Below, piece after piece: positions 40,383-51,522 of a stretch of DNA of 64,000 bases (position 1 is the first letter of the stretch; every line of letters begins with the position of its first letter). The notes beneath the pieces were generated by a model. That model was not told the origin of the DNA. It saw only the letters and a program-made list of their open reading frames with translations, and ran no database searches. A program made the translations under genes and the position numbers. Origin of the DNA: Cyanidioschyzon merolae (taxonomy: Eukaryota); NCBI GenBank assembly GCA_000091205.1, contig AP006501.2; one strand, given 5' to 3'.

Positions 40383-43300
40383 AGTTCCATTCCTTACAAT
40401 TCCTTTCGGATGTACTGGTCGTTTCATAGGTTGTAGCGAGCATCGAGTGCCCGTCGTGCTGCATCCACCTTGGCGCCTAGACAGCTGGTGCAGATGCACC
40501 TTAGAGACAGAACGGCTTTGCCGTACCACTGGGGGCTTCGGCTCGAGATGTGGTGCACCTGACACGGATTCGGAGTCCATCATCATGCTGGGGGCCTGGA
40601 AACTGCGCTGAAAGAGCTACCGTCTGCGGCAGCTCGAAGCGACATGCCGGGAGTCCACTGCGACCAGGGCGACGCCCAGACGCAGCCTAACTGCTGCTCC
40701 TAGTCCCAGAGTCGACTGCGTTGCGGACGAGGTGTTCAGGTCGCACCACTGCACTAGGCACAGGTAAGGGCGTGAAGCACTAGTCTTGCAGACTCGTTCG
40801 GATTGCGGGACGTTTCGCCCTGAAGGCAAACTTTCGAAAGTATGGAAACCTTTTCGCCCTTTTAACGGCTACCGTGGAATGGGACAGGAATCGTTACATC
40901 GTTTCTCGTGAATCGTTCGTCTCTTTCCTTTTTTTCTCCGAATAGCGCGGTCGATAAGCACACCTGCGAGATCACGCAGTCACGAGAGACGACGCGCATG
41001 TCGCCGATGAAGGGAAACGCGTTTCTAACTATGCTCTGACCTATTGCCCTACCGTACATGTTGTATTCGAATTACAGGCGTAGCGGAGTACAGTTTTTTG
41101 AGTTCAATCGCGTTTGAAACGTCAAGTAAGCATATTCAAGTGATGCTGTGCGGTGTATAGGAGAAGCGTTCAATGTGCGTTCTTTCGCAGAAAAAATTCT
41201 AAAAAAGGAAAGTTATGAGAAAGCAAGTCGACGATCGCGGAGGCGCAGTGTCGCCGGCTGCCAGAAAAAGAACGAAAAACGGTGCCGAGCCCAGGAGCAC
41301 AGGCAAAGACGATGAAGCAGAAGCGGGAGGCCCTACGTCAAAGGCCGCGGGAAAGACAACAGTACGACGAGACGGTGGTGAAAGCGTACCTTCGTAAACA
41401 TATCAAGGATGCCTACAAGGAAAAGTTGCGAGAGGCCATCAGAAACCGTGTCGAGTCGTACTCCACGAGTACGAAGAAGGCTTCGTCAGGACTGATGCAT
41501 ATGATGAACGAGATGCACGACAACGCGACGGACACCAGAACAGTCGAGGTTCCGGGGGAATTTTTCAACAAGACCTTTGCTCGTCACCTGATGGTCGGCA
41601 CAGGGGAGCCGTCGACAAACAATGAGCGAGTGCACGCCTTCCACGAAAACTTCGCGGGATTCGGCTTCGAAGGTGCATCGATACAAGGGTTACGGGGATA
41701 TTCACATCTACGGGCCGATCGAGTACCTCGCGAACCTGAGGAACCATTTGACCATGAACCTCGAAGGTTTCATGATAAGCGCCGTGTTTGCGCTCTACCG
41801 GGGCCTCTCTCGCGGGGAAGAGATGGGCCATCTTCGCTGCCATCACCAACGATCGTCAGCATGAACAGGCAATAGAATTTGTCGACAAGATGACATCACG
41901 CAGGAGCATGAATGAAGCATATGTGATCGGTGCAGCTATTCAAGAGCGTCGTGGTGACACGGAGGTAGGGGGTTGGATAGATACTTCACCTCGCACTGAA
42001 AAAATATCACAAAAAGTAAGGAAAGTAAAATGCGCATAATCGGAGAACGCTGGCCCAAGTAAACGTTTTGTCCATGGAAAAAAAGAGCATCGTGAAGTCT
42101 TGGGGCTGGCCAACCCGACAGAAGACGTGTCAGATATGAAAAAAGTGAGAAAAGATGGTACCCCCGCATCCTGCGCTACTTCGTGTGTCTGGACCGAGAA
42201 CTCGAACGCAAGGCGGAGATGGTGCTGGGTGTGTGGAAAAATGAAGAGTCGCGGAGACGGAACGCTTTCCCAATGGGGAAGTGCTTCAACGTGGTTCCAA
42301 TGAGCAACATCAAGTCACATTTTGTGACTATCGACCAAGGCGTCCACTACGGCAACATGAGTGAGATCAGTCCGGTGTTCGGTGTCAGCAGGGAGGAGTT
42401 CACCGGTGAAAATCGGGAGACGTACCGGAAGAGTCTCTTCGGTTTCAAACGTCTCAAAGTGAGCAAGCAGAAGGTATTCACGGGGATGATCGGAACCGAT
42501 GGCGTAGCCACGTGTGTACGCTATCGGAGGTTTGAAGGCGGATTGTCCAGTTCGGCCTTCGATATCGCCCGTGACGAAGCATGAAGAAAACAGGGAGGAG
42601 GATCCTGCCACACAGAAAGTGCAGGATAACGACTTTGTCGTTGACGCGACGAAGCGTGAAGATGAGATGGAGGCGGGTCCTGCTACGCAGAAAGTGCAGG
42701 ATAACGACTTTGTCGTTAGTGCGGATCCCGGGAACACAAATATCATAACCATCGCAGTACCCAAGCGTGCGGAAGATGGTATCAACGGCAACCTACGTCA
42801 GACGGCCCTGCGAGTTTTAAGGTTCTCGTGAGCGGGATGCTATCGAGAATCCGGTATGATCAATGCGAGGAAGAAAATTGAGACACGGAATGCAGGAATG
42901 AAGGATCACCTGGAAGCTTTGCGCGGAGTAACGAGCAGAGGAGCAGGCTTTGAAGCTTTTCCGATATTCATGGAAGGTCGCGTTGCTCATTGGGATGCGC
43001 TGCTGGAGGAGTATACAAAGCCCCGGTGGGCTCGTCTGCGTATGAATCTGTACGGTGGTAAGCAGCGGGCATTCGCCAAATTTTTCAGTCAGTTGAGTGC
43101 CTTGAAGGAGGACGAGAGCCAGAGGCTGGTAGTGGCATACGGAGCAGGGCGTCCACAAAAGGGTGCACACCAGCTCCGTCGACGAGAACGTACAAAGCGT
43201 GTGCACGGCGCTTTGTAATGATACCGATTGATGAGCTCCGAACGTCCTATACACACCACGAACTGGGGTGCACACTTGAGACGGTCGACATGGAAAAGTG

Positions 43301-43695
43301 CCAGCGGAGTCCTGAAGATATGAAAAAGTATGGAGCGCTAACGGAGGAGCAAATGGACAGGAGGGCGAAAGTTCGTGGACTACTCGCATTAGTAAGTACA
43401 ATCAATGGCAAGAAACGCATGGAAATTGTTAACCGCGACTTTAACGCGGCTACCAATATAAGGAGGTGCGCGGTGATGGAGAGAAGACCTCCGTACTTGA
43501 CAAGAGGGAATTTTGTAGGGAAACCTCTCGAGGTGGAATTATACGAGAAAAAGTTGAAACCGGTAGTAGGTGGCCGGTCCAAAAACACTGGGATGCGTCG
43601 ACAAGTCTGTAGAAGACTTTTCGTCTAGGGCGCCGGTCACCACTACTTTGCACTACCGACCACAGCGTTTTTCTTTAGAAAGGCGTTTTTTGTCG
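40383..43695 (+). mobile_element. Fanzor-like element, copy B: 5' module plus full-length but frameshifted nuclease gene plus conserved 3' tail
   Basis: Homologous to copy A along its whole length. It has an extra ~630-bp N-terminal coding segment (41010-41640) that is absent from copy A. Confidence 0.6.
41215..43628 (+). pseudogene. TnpB/Fanzor-like RuvC nuclease gene, disrupted (at least 5 frame changes and an in-frame TGA at 42829-42831)
   Basis: The N-terminus is basic and NLS-like (KQKREALRQRPRERQ...). The RuvC-I motif is [15 protein letters not shown] (42514-42831) and the RuvC-III motif is NRDFNAATNIRRCAVMERR (43218-43628). The coding sequence is split over ORFs 41282-41875, 41622-41864, 41788-42039, 42183-42584, 42514-42831, 42856-43218 and 43218-43628. 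Confidence 0.65.
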
Positions 43696-44118
43696 GCGAT
43701 GTGAGGATTCTTTTACATGCTTAAAGTACTGCGTCAACCAGATCGAGTCCGTGTCTCGAGCTGAGCACTTCCGGTAGCGTCTGGTCGTCGGCCATTTGGG
43801 AGCACGCGCCCTAGACGAGCATCGTGTGTGTGGCATTACCTGTGTGGACCAGGTTTGTCAAGGGAAACAATTTCACGCTGAGTTCCAAAAGTTCGGTCCT
43901 TGTGTATTTTTGCTTGCCAGGAGCACAGGTCACCAGCAAGGAAGTTCGTGATCAGATACTGCCAAGATCCGACGAGTCGTGTAGCATCGTCCCGGAGATG
44001 TTAGGGCAGGCCCCCGAGCTACCACTCGCAAGCCACGCATTCGCCTCGCAGGTACGTGAATCATCGACAAGAAGCCGGATTCAATGGCACATCCTGAACA
44101 TCTCAGCAAATCGTGATC

Positions 44119-45435
44119 TCATTCCTGATCGTCGACGGGCTCGGTCTCAGAGGAATCGTGCAGGCGCTCATCCTGATCTGGTGAATGTGCCCTTTCGTGG
44201 CGATCCGTCCATCGACTCCGAGGCGAGGCAGCTCGTCGTGATGCCAAATCAACGCGCTGTCGAGTTGTAGCGTTGCTGTTCTCTGGGCGAGGTCTCAGTG
44301 CTGCCTGGGTGCCTTCCCCGGGGCGTCCTTCGGGCGAGCGGAAGCGCCGCCAATCCTCTTGCTGGAAACGGCCTTCTCGTCCAGCGGACTTGTCCAGGAA
44401 CGGTCGACGGGGGTCTGCTGCATCGCGTTGGACAGTTCCACGAGCGTAACCGATACTGATTTCCTGCCCCATGATGCAGGTGCCTTGGAGTTGATTAAGC
44501 GCTACCCGAGCATCTGCCTTGGAGGTAAAGCGAACGAAACCGTAGCCCAAGGAGTGGCCCCGTTGCCGATCACGTATAATGCGACAGCTCAACAGATCTC
44601 CATAGGGTGAAAACGCCGCAATGAGGTCGCTTTCCGTTACCATCGGAGCGAGATTCCCCACGTACAACATGACATCGATGTACGCATTGCCTGCGGAAAA
44701 GGTATCCGCGTCAGCTTTCGTCGCCCTCGCTGCCTCCGCGGCAAGTGCATCCGCGATCACTTTGCGAACAGGCTTTAGTCGTGCTTCAGCGCGTGCAGTC
44801 GCTTCAATGCGGGGAAGCGGTCTCACTCCCATGGTCGGCCGATCCGATACCAAAGTGTCTGCGGAAATGAGATCCATTGCGGATGCTACGAACTCGTGCA
44901 GGCACTGGGTGCACCGGCAGATGCGTGCGGTCTCAAAGAGAGACGCCTCAACCTGATAGCACATCGCGCACTCTGGGCACTGGAGATACACTGCATCCGG
45001 ATCGAGAAGCGGGCCTACATACTCATCCGCATCTTCGGTCTTAGACTCGGGCGAATCCAGTGACGGATCCGTATTCGATGTAGCAGCAGAAGCAGAAGCA
45101 GAAACCGGCGGCTGTATCGGATCTGTTTCTTGAGCGGGGACCTCTTCGTAAACCGGCTGAGATGCAGATTCGGGCGTACTGCTTTGCTCGGCGTAATGGG
45201 GCGCATCCGGTGGACTGTCCGTAAGCGCTTGGCTCGAATTTGCAGCGGTGGTGGGGAAAGACGCATGCGGCCCAGCAGATCCATGTATAGTTGCGGATTC
45301 GTCTTGCGGAGGGGCATTCGGGTACCGCGCTGGTGCTGCCGAAGGCCTCCATAACTGGTCGAGTTCGCTTCCAATCCATTCGCCGTCATCCTCATCATAA
45401 AAGGCGCGATTTTTGGTGCCTTTCATTCGCATCAT
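44119..45435 (-). CDS. RNA-binding protein with RRM domain and an upstream CxxC...CxxC zinc-ribbon
   Basis: The RRM is LYVGNLAPMVTESDLIAAFSPYGDLLSCRIIRDRQRGHSLGYGFVRFTSKADARVAL (RNP2/RNP1). The zinc ribbon is YLQCPECAMCYQV...CRCTQCLHEF. The first convincing ATG (MMRMKGTK) is at 45435; upstream ORF sequence looks non-coding. Confidence 0.65.
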   Translation of the reverse strand: MMRMKGTKNRAFYDEDDGEWIGSELDQLWRPSAAPARYPNAPPQDESATIHGSAGPHASFPTTAANSSQALTDSPPDAPHYAEQSSTPESASQPVYEEVPAQETDPIQPPVSASASAATSNTDPSLDSPESKTEDADEYVGPLLDPDAVYLQCPECAMCYQVEASLFETARICRCTQCLHEFVASAMDLISADTLVSDRPTMGVRPLPRIEATARAEARLKPVRKVIADALAAEAARATKADADTFSAGNAYIDVMLYVGNLAPMVTESDLIAAFSPYGDLLSCRIIRDRQRGHSLGYGFVRFTSKADARVALNQLQGTCIMGQEISIGYARGTVQRDAADPRRPFLDKSAGREGRFQQEDWRRFRSPEGRPGEGTQAALRPRPENSNATTRQRVDLASRRAASPRSRWTDRHERAHSPDQDERLHDSSETEPVDDQE

Positions 45436-46323
45436 CGGCTCAAGAGGAGTGATCCGCGGGAGCGATTTTCGCGCAGCACTCGTCGATCGGTGGCAGTGTA
45501 CAGTTCTGTGGAGCGCTCGCCAGTTAGCGGCTTGTGCGCTCGGTTTCAGAGCGTGCTGCTGCTGCTGCTGCCGCACGAGCAGCGGAAACCCAAAGCCAAG
45601 CATGCGCGAGCTGGCGGCTCCGTGCGAGAACCATACGGGCGTTGGGGCCATGCATTTCACGCGACCCATGGTATATGCTGAAGAGGCAGTACGAAAAGAT
45701 GCTCCTTGCTCTCGCAAAGAATGCTGCTGACGTCGCTGAATACGCTTCCCCACGCTACGGTAACGGCCGTGAAGAGCTCCGGCCGGTGATCGGTCCCGCC
45801 GTCCAAGGAAATGGAGAGACGACGACCTGCAACAACAGGCTCTGTTGAACAGCGTCAGTGTTTGTGTTTGCGGAGGCTCCACTGCGGCCCAAGAGGGGGT
45901 CGTCGTCTCTCTCGCTCGTCGCTCGGAACTACGCCGTCGACTCGCTTGGGTCAGGCAACGGCACCAAACTGTGATTTCGGCACCAGATCCTTACGGGTGC
46001 AAAGTCTCCGTCGACGCCCACGACACCGTTCCACAGCCTGAAGCGTTTGAAACGCTTTGGAGTCCGCCCAACACCAGCTGCGCTAGGAACTGGTGAGACT
46101 CGGCTTCGCGCCCAGTGCAGCGACGCCCTTCGCCCCTCGGTGACACCGTTTGCGCTCAGTAGCGACGGCACAGAGCACCGACTGTTGTTCCAAGCAAGAG
46201 CAGAGCGATACTCGTTGACAGCGGAGACTCCTAGTAGCGCCGGTCGCCTATCGCTCCAAAGTTTCCTCAGGGGCTACCCGAGCAAGGCAACGGGACGGCG
46301 TGCTGACAAAACGCAGATGTTGT

Positions 46324-47680
46324 CCGCGTAGAATGAAACTGGAACAATGTTCCGCTCGCTCTGCACTCGTCTTGCGATTTGATTCGCAAAAGTTCTTGGA
46401 TGCACAGCATCGATACGCCAAGTGCAGCAACAACGGCTTACGGACTCAAACGTAGTTTTCGGGATTCTCGGTCGGGCGTTTTTCTCTCGGAGTGACCTGT
46501 TCGTCGTCCATTCACCGCTGGAATGCGTTCCGTCGCCAGATTCATGTTGAGTCGCGCCACCCTCGAACCAGCGTCCCTGGCATAACCTATTTTATGATCG
46601 AATGCATTGGGGCAAGCATCCATTCTTCTGATTTTTTCAAGTATGGGATGCTCAAATCGCGCATTCCTCAATATGTCGTATCTCTATGTTTCGGGGCCAT
46701 TGGTGGATGCAGCGATTCGCGGCCCCGGATTCACGACGGCTCAAGAGACGCGATGTCGTCTCCTGGACGCTTGTGCACCAGCTGATGCCCAGAGTTCGCC
46801 GCAATGGTCTCAGGTCAAACGATCGCTTCCGTTCGAAGCACGAGTCCGCCGCTCTGCACGGCTATCGACGAAACATCGTCCGGCAGCAACACGAGCCTCT
46901 CACGGGATATGCATTCGAAGGCTCCCATCGCTTTCATTTGCATGAACAGCGGTCTTGGACTCGGAGTCGAGACGTCGCAGGAATCGCGGCCAGTGGAGCG
47001 CTCGGTACCGTACGGCACGAGCGGGACGTTGACGGATCCAAGGCGTTTTGGCCTGCTTGCCGGCCTGGACTTGACGCTTACGGTACTTGTTGCACGGTGG
47101 ACGGCATCGCGTTCCCTAAACCCTCCTTCGGATGGAACGCGCTGCACTTGCGCGTGCAGCGCACACCGTACTCGCCGATGCGATCTGCCCTGACTAGCGC
47201 CCGTGATCGTAGCGTACGGCACCGGGCGCGGAAACGGCGGAGCGCATACAGGGGATCCCGCGGTACCCGTCAAGACCGTGTATCGAGCGATGAAGCGCGC
47301 CTTCAGATGACGCAGTGCAGGGTGTGGCGGAGAACGTGCCGCGCGCACACAGGAACTCGTGATACGAGTCAGGAGTCACGGCTGCACCCCAGGAAGGCTC
47401 GTGAATCGCAACTTGCGCCTGTACATGAAGTGCGTCGACGATACCGGGGAGCTGCGAAATCGGGACGTGCACGTTGGCCTCAACATCGTTCAACAGCTGA
47501 CGTCGGAGCTGGATGTGCGGGAGGTACCGGCGTTTATCACTCTGCAGGGAATTCGGAGAAAAGAAAGAGGCAGGCACAGAAAGCGCACGACGACGACGCA
47601 TGGATACGTAGCAATCGGAAGAATCGGGAAAGATAGGTTGTGGGCGCGAGATTCACCTCGTGGACCTGTCAAGATACATA
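46324..47680. repeat. Left arm of a 1.35-kb, ~99% identical inverted repeat
   Basis: Reverse-complement identity with 51523-52880 was checked directly on several stretches. Identical 316-aa ORFs (46686-47636 on plus, 51566-52516 on minus) differ at 2 residues. Confidence 0.85.
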
Positions 47681-47954
47681 CTAGATTGGGTACTCTTGCA
47701 TGATCCTGAACGCGACAGCGCGGGTGGCGTCGCCGGTGATTGCCCACATCTGGAGGTCGCCGCGGCCGCTGCGGCGGCGTGCAGCCTTCCGCCCGCTTCC
47801 GGGCGAAGCGCGACGACGCCCCGACGTCCAAGAATGATGACGGAACGAGGCATCGCCGCAGTTTCGTGCATAGCGGACAAAAGTTTTCGCCATTGTGCAC
47901 TATTTCGGAACGGGCTGGAGCGCTTACGATAAAAGTATCGATCAGGTGATATCC

Positions 47955-48776
47955 ATGTTCGTTCAGGGTAGCATTCTGCGACACAGTTGCACGCTCGGAA
48001 AACGGAACTCGAGCTTCGCTGGTGGTGTTGCGGTAAGCACGGCGGCGCCAACCGCAGGGCTCGCCGCTGCCCGGACGCTGCGGTTGCGGACGCGTGGCTT
48101 CCGGTCGCTTGTTGCCGTGCATCAAGCAACGAGTGGCACGCACTCTATCAATTCATATACGACGGGCGGCCCAGTCCAGGCGCTCGGGCGATATGTACTT
48201 GTTCGACTGGACCGCAAGGAGACACAAACCGTTGGTGGTATCGTGCTGGCGGAGAGCGCACAGGAGAAGCCTTCTCGGGGCACAGTGGTGTCTGTTGGCG
48301 GTGGTGCTTGGCACCCGAACGCACCAGTCAAAATGCCTATGGCTGTCAAGCCGGGTGATGTTGTGCTCTTTGGAAAATATGGAGGAACCGAGGTAAAAAT
48401 GGACGACGAGGATCACGTCTTTGTCTCGATGGATGACATCCTCGGTGTATATGATGGAGGCAAAGTCGACGACCCGCAGGCTTTGAAACCTGTGTTCGAT
48501 CGCGTGCTCGTTCAAATGGAGAAGAAAACCGAGAGGCGGAGTGCAAGTGGTATTATCGTTGCACCCACAGCGAGCGTTGATGAGGACGCCAAGGCCGGCC
48601 GAGTCGTCGCTGTTGGCCCGGGTCGTTTTATGGTGAACGGCGAGTATGAGCCAGTGCCCGTCCAAGTCGGTGAGTGGGTCATGTTTCGCAAGTACAGCGG
48701 CTCGGAGGTGAAGTTTGGCGACCAGGAATACAACGTTGTGCGGATTGCAGATCTGCTGGCCAAATGGAAAGCGTAG
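47955..48776 (+). CDS. Cpn20-type co-chaperonin (two tandem GroES/Cpn10 domains) with transit-peptide-like N-terminus
   Basis: Domain 1 is YVLVRLDRKETQTVGGIVLAESAQEKPSRGTVVSVGGG and domain 2 is FDRVLVQMEKKTERRSASGIIVAPTASVDEDAKAGRVVAVGPG. A tandem Cpn10 arrangement is characteristic of plastid Cpn20. The first ATG is at 47955. Confidence 0.8.
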   Translation: MFVQGSILRHSCTLGKRNSSFAGGVAVSTAAPTAGLAAARTLRLRTRGFRSLVAVHQATSGTHSINSYTTGGPVQALGRYVLVRLDRKETQTVGGIVLAESAQEKPSRGTVVSVGGGAWHPNAPVKMPMAVKPGDVVLFGKYGGTEVKMDDEDHVFVSMDDILGVYDGGKVDDPQALKPVFDRVLVQMEKKTERRSASGIIVAPTASVDEDAKAGRVVAVGPGRFMVNGEYEPVPVQVGEWVMFRKYSGSEVKFGDQEYNVVRIADLLAKWKA

Positions 48777-49304
48777 AGCAGGTATTGACTTGCCGATGAA
48801 GAATGCGCCCTTAGGAAATTGAGTGCACGCCCACCTATCCAAGAACTTAGCCGTGACCGATGCGGCCTTTGGAAAATCTCACGTAAAGCTGGATGTCCGG
48901 TTCAGGCTCTACGCAGGAGCGAGCTGCGCATTCCTGTGAGGTGCTGCACGCCCGTACGGAGACTCCGGTCGGCGGACTTGCCGTCGCTGGTGCATACAGG
49001 GAGCCGCTTTATCTGTTTTAAAAATGCGGTGCAGCATGGTCTGGTCCGGTCTAGAGCAGGGCGCTCCTCGGTTAGAAGCGTCTCCTCGTCCGCGCACAGG
49101 ACGGCGCTGGCGAACCGTTACCGTAGCAGCAAGTCGGCCGCAGTGCCTCACCAGACCAGTGTCCCCCACGACTGACCGAGACGCAGTCGGTGCTTTCGTC
49201 AAAAAAGCTGCGGACAGGCATTGCCTATCAAGCAGATAATCCAAAGGTTTCCGCAGCTGCATCGGATGCGCAACTGAATCAGCATACTTTCTCTATCTTA
49301 TGAT

Positions 49305-50114
49305 TCAGATTCCAACAACCGGTGCATCTGCCTGCGCAGTCTCCGCCTGGAGTGAGGCGGCCCCGCTGATCGCCGCGCCCTGCTCGAGACGAACGCCAGT
49401 ATCTTCGGGAGCATCGCCATGCACTTCCATGAGCTTGGTCAGGTCAAACTTCGGAGCTCGAATCAGTTTGCATTTGCGAATGTATACGTTTTGTAAGGGA
49501 TAAATGTTTTTGCATGCCTTTTCGATCTCCTTCCCAATAGCCTCTGGAATGATATTGGCAACGAAATCTCGTAGAGTGCCCTTCGATGTCTCTTGGACCA
49601 TGATATCCACCATCTTCTTCCGGATGGCGCGCTCCTGTGACTTTTTGCAGTAGCTTGTTTTTCGAATCTGCCCCTGCCGCCGCTTTGTGAAACCAATACA
49701 GAACAGACGCAAAACGTAGTCATCCAAGGTCTTCACATCGACATGAGCTTCGATGGTGGTCTGCCACTTTCGCATCATCGAAGACAGCTTATCGCGCGTA
49801 AAGTCGAAACCATAGAACTGTGTCAAGCAGTTCCGTCCCTGAACATCCTCGCAACGAAGCTTGATCTTGCGATATGCGAGGTCTTCATCTTTCTGCAGGT
49901 CCGCCAGTGAGATCTCGAAGACACGTCCTTTGAGTGACTCCGATGCTATTCGAGTGCCAGAGGTTTTCGACACGATTGTCTTTCCCGCCTGTCGGACAGA
50001 AAAGTAGGAGGGCGCCTTCACGTCATACCACTCCTTGCGGGAGTAGGGATCCAATATCTTTTTCTTGCTTCCCTTCTTTCCCTTGGAGAGACGCTTGTTC
50101 TTGCCCTGGGCCAT
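49305..50114 (-). CDS. RPS3A: 40S ribosomal protein S3a (eS1)
   Basis: [38 protein letters not shown]... is colinear with eukaryotic eS1 over 269 aa. ATG start, no interruption. Confidence 0.9.
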   Translation of the reverse strand: MAQGKNKRLSKGKKGSKKKILDPYSRKEWYDVKAPSYFSVRQAGKTIVSKTSGTRIASESLKGRVFEISLADLQKDEDLAYRKIKLRCEDVQGRNCLTQFYGFDFTRDKLSSMMRKWQTTIEAHVDVKTLDDYVLRLFCIGFTKRRQGQIRKTSYCKKSQERAIRKKMVDIMVQETSKGTLRDFVANIIPEAIGKEIEKACKNIYPLQNVYIRKCKLIRAPKFDLTKLMEVHGDAPEDTGVRLEQGAAISGAASLQAETAQADAPVVGI

Positions 50115-50639
50115 GGTGTTCGCTTATTGCCTCTGAGCGAGTAGTGATTCGTTCCGTTAACAACACAGCGTTGCCGCGGACACAACGCTCGATCGTTGGT
50201 CTATCCAGAAAGAGGAGATCCGCCAGCCTGCAGCGAAGCGATGTTTCCTCCTGTCGTGTGCAAACACTCTGAAGCGCAACTCGTGGACGATTGGAGACCG
50301 GCGCGAATGCGACGCTGCGGACGGCACGACGAGGCGGTGTGTCCATTTATTACCATCTCGTACCATCTTTTCCTTTTATGGACTTATTTGGATCAGATGG
50401 AATCGTCCTGCACGACGAGGTGTCGTGTCCTTTGATTGCAAGTTTATCTGATTTGTTTCGTTCATTACAAAGATGTAAAAGATATCTTTCGTAGTCCCTG
50501 CATGTGCGTTCCGCTTATGCGTGTGTGACACCAAATTCATGCCGACCTGTGAGCTCAGATCGCGCACTCGATACCCGTGGTTGGGAAGGTGTCCATGATT
50601 CTAAGCCCCGCCTCCATGTTCGATGACCTACACTTCTCC

Positions 50640-50800
50640 TCGGCGACACTAACTGTTTCGTATGCTCCATTGTACGCCGGGCCTTCACGAAGCGGTCTCA
50701 TGAGCGCCTAACAGCGCCTGTGCGGAGGTTGCTCGGAGACAGAACGGCTCTGCCGCACGACCGGGGAGGCCGGCTCGAGCATACATGTTTCATGAATGGC
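50640..50800 (+). mobile_element. Solo fragment of the Fanzor-like element 5' module
   Basis: agcgcctaacagcgcctgtgcggaggttgctcggagacagaacggctctgccgcacgaccggggaggccggctcgag is homologous to copy B 40470-40545 and copy A 7800-7875. Confidence 0.5.
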
Positions 50801-51522
50801 TCATTCGGATCCGCATTCGTCGCTGCGATTGCCCATGAAGAGCTGCGCTGCGCTTGGTGACTGATTTCTATGCACTCTCTCCGCAAACTGAAGAAAACAC
50901 GCCTGCAAGGTTGCAGTGACGGTGTCGCATTGATAAATAGCATACATTCTACTTTGCACCCGTCAAGCCGTCACAACGCAGATGATGCCGTACCGGACAC
51001 CTGAGGTCACTGGCATCAGGACGCATAAGGAGCGTGTAGCTAATCTCAGCGCGCTATGCGCAACCGCGCGGCTCGCCAAGAGAGCACCAACGCTGCACGA
51101 ATCGGGAAGATGCGGCACGCGGGTACACATGCACGTGGCATCGCGATGACTCTGTCCGCGAGTGGACAGATCGAGTATGGGGAGACATGCCCCGCCATCG
51201 CACCTAATGCAAGGCCTGTATTAGGGATCAATACCCATTTCTGCGCCCGTGGAAGCATGTGCATATTGTCCAGGGCGTTTCTGTAAAAGCTCTGAGAGCG
51301 CACAATTGTGCAACCATCCTGTACATGAAGTCACCAGTCAATAAGTCCCAGTACGAAGTATCGACCGAGACTCGAACTGTGCAGGATCGTACATGCTATT
51401 GGCGTGTTCGTCCTCGTTTTTCGTGCGGCAGAGCCGTGGAACTTGCCTCACGAGTATTCACGCTGCCAGGTACATCATATCTGCGAGGGTTCCAGTCAAG
51501 CCCAGCCTACATCTATGCCGGG

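Noticed and set aside
46686-47636. 316-aa ORFs present identically in both inverted-repeat arms (also 51566-52516) and the overlapping opposite-strand ORFs
   Set aside because: The composition is Arg/Ser/Cys-rich and typical of chance ORFs in GC-rich DNA. No recognisable motif. Several mutually overlapping frames are open at once. They are treated as non-coding or undetermined repeat sequence.
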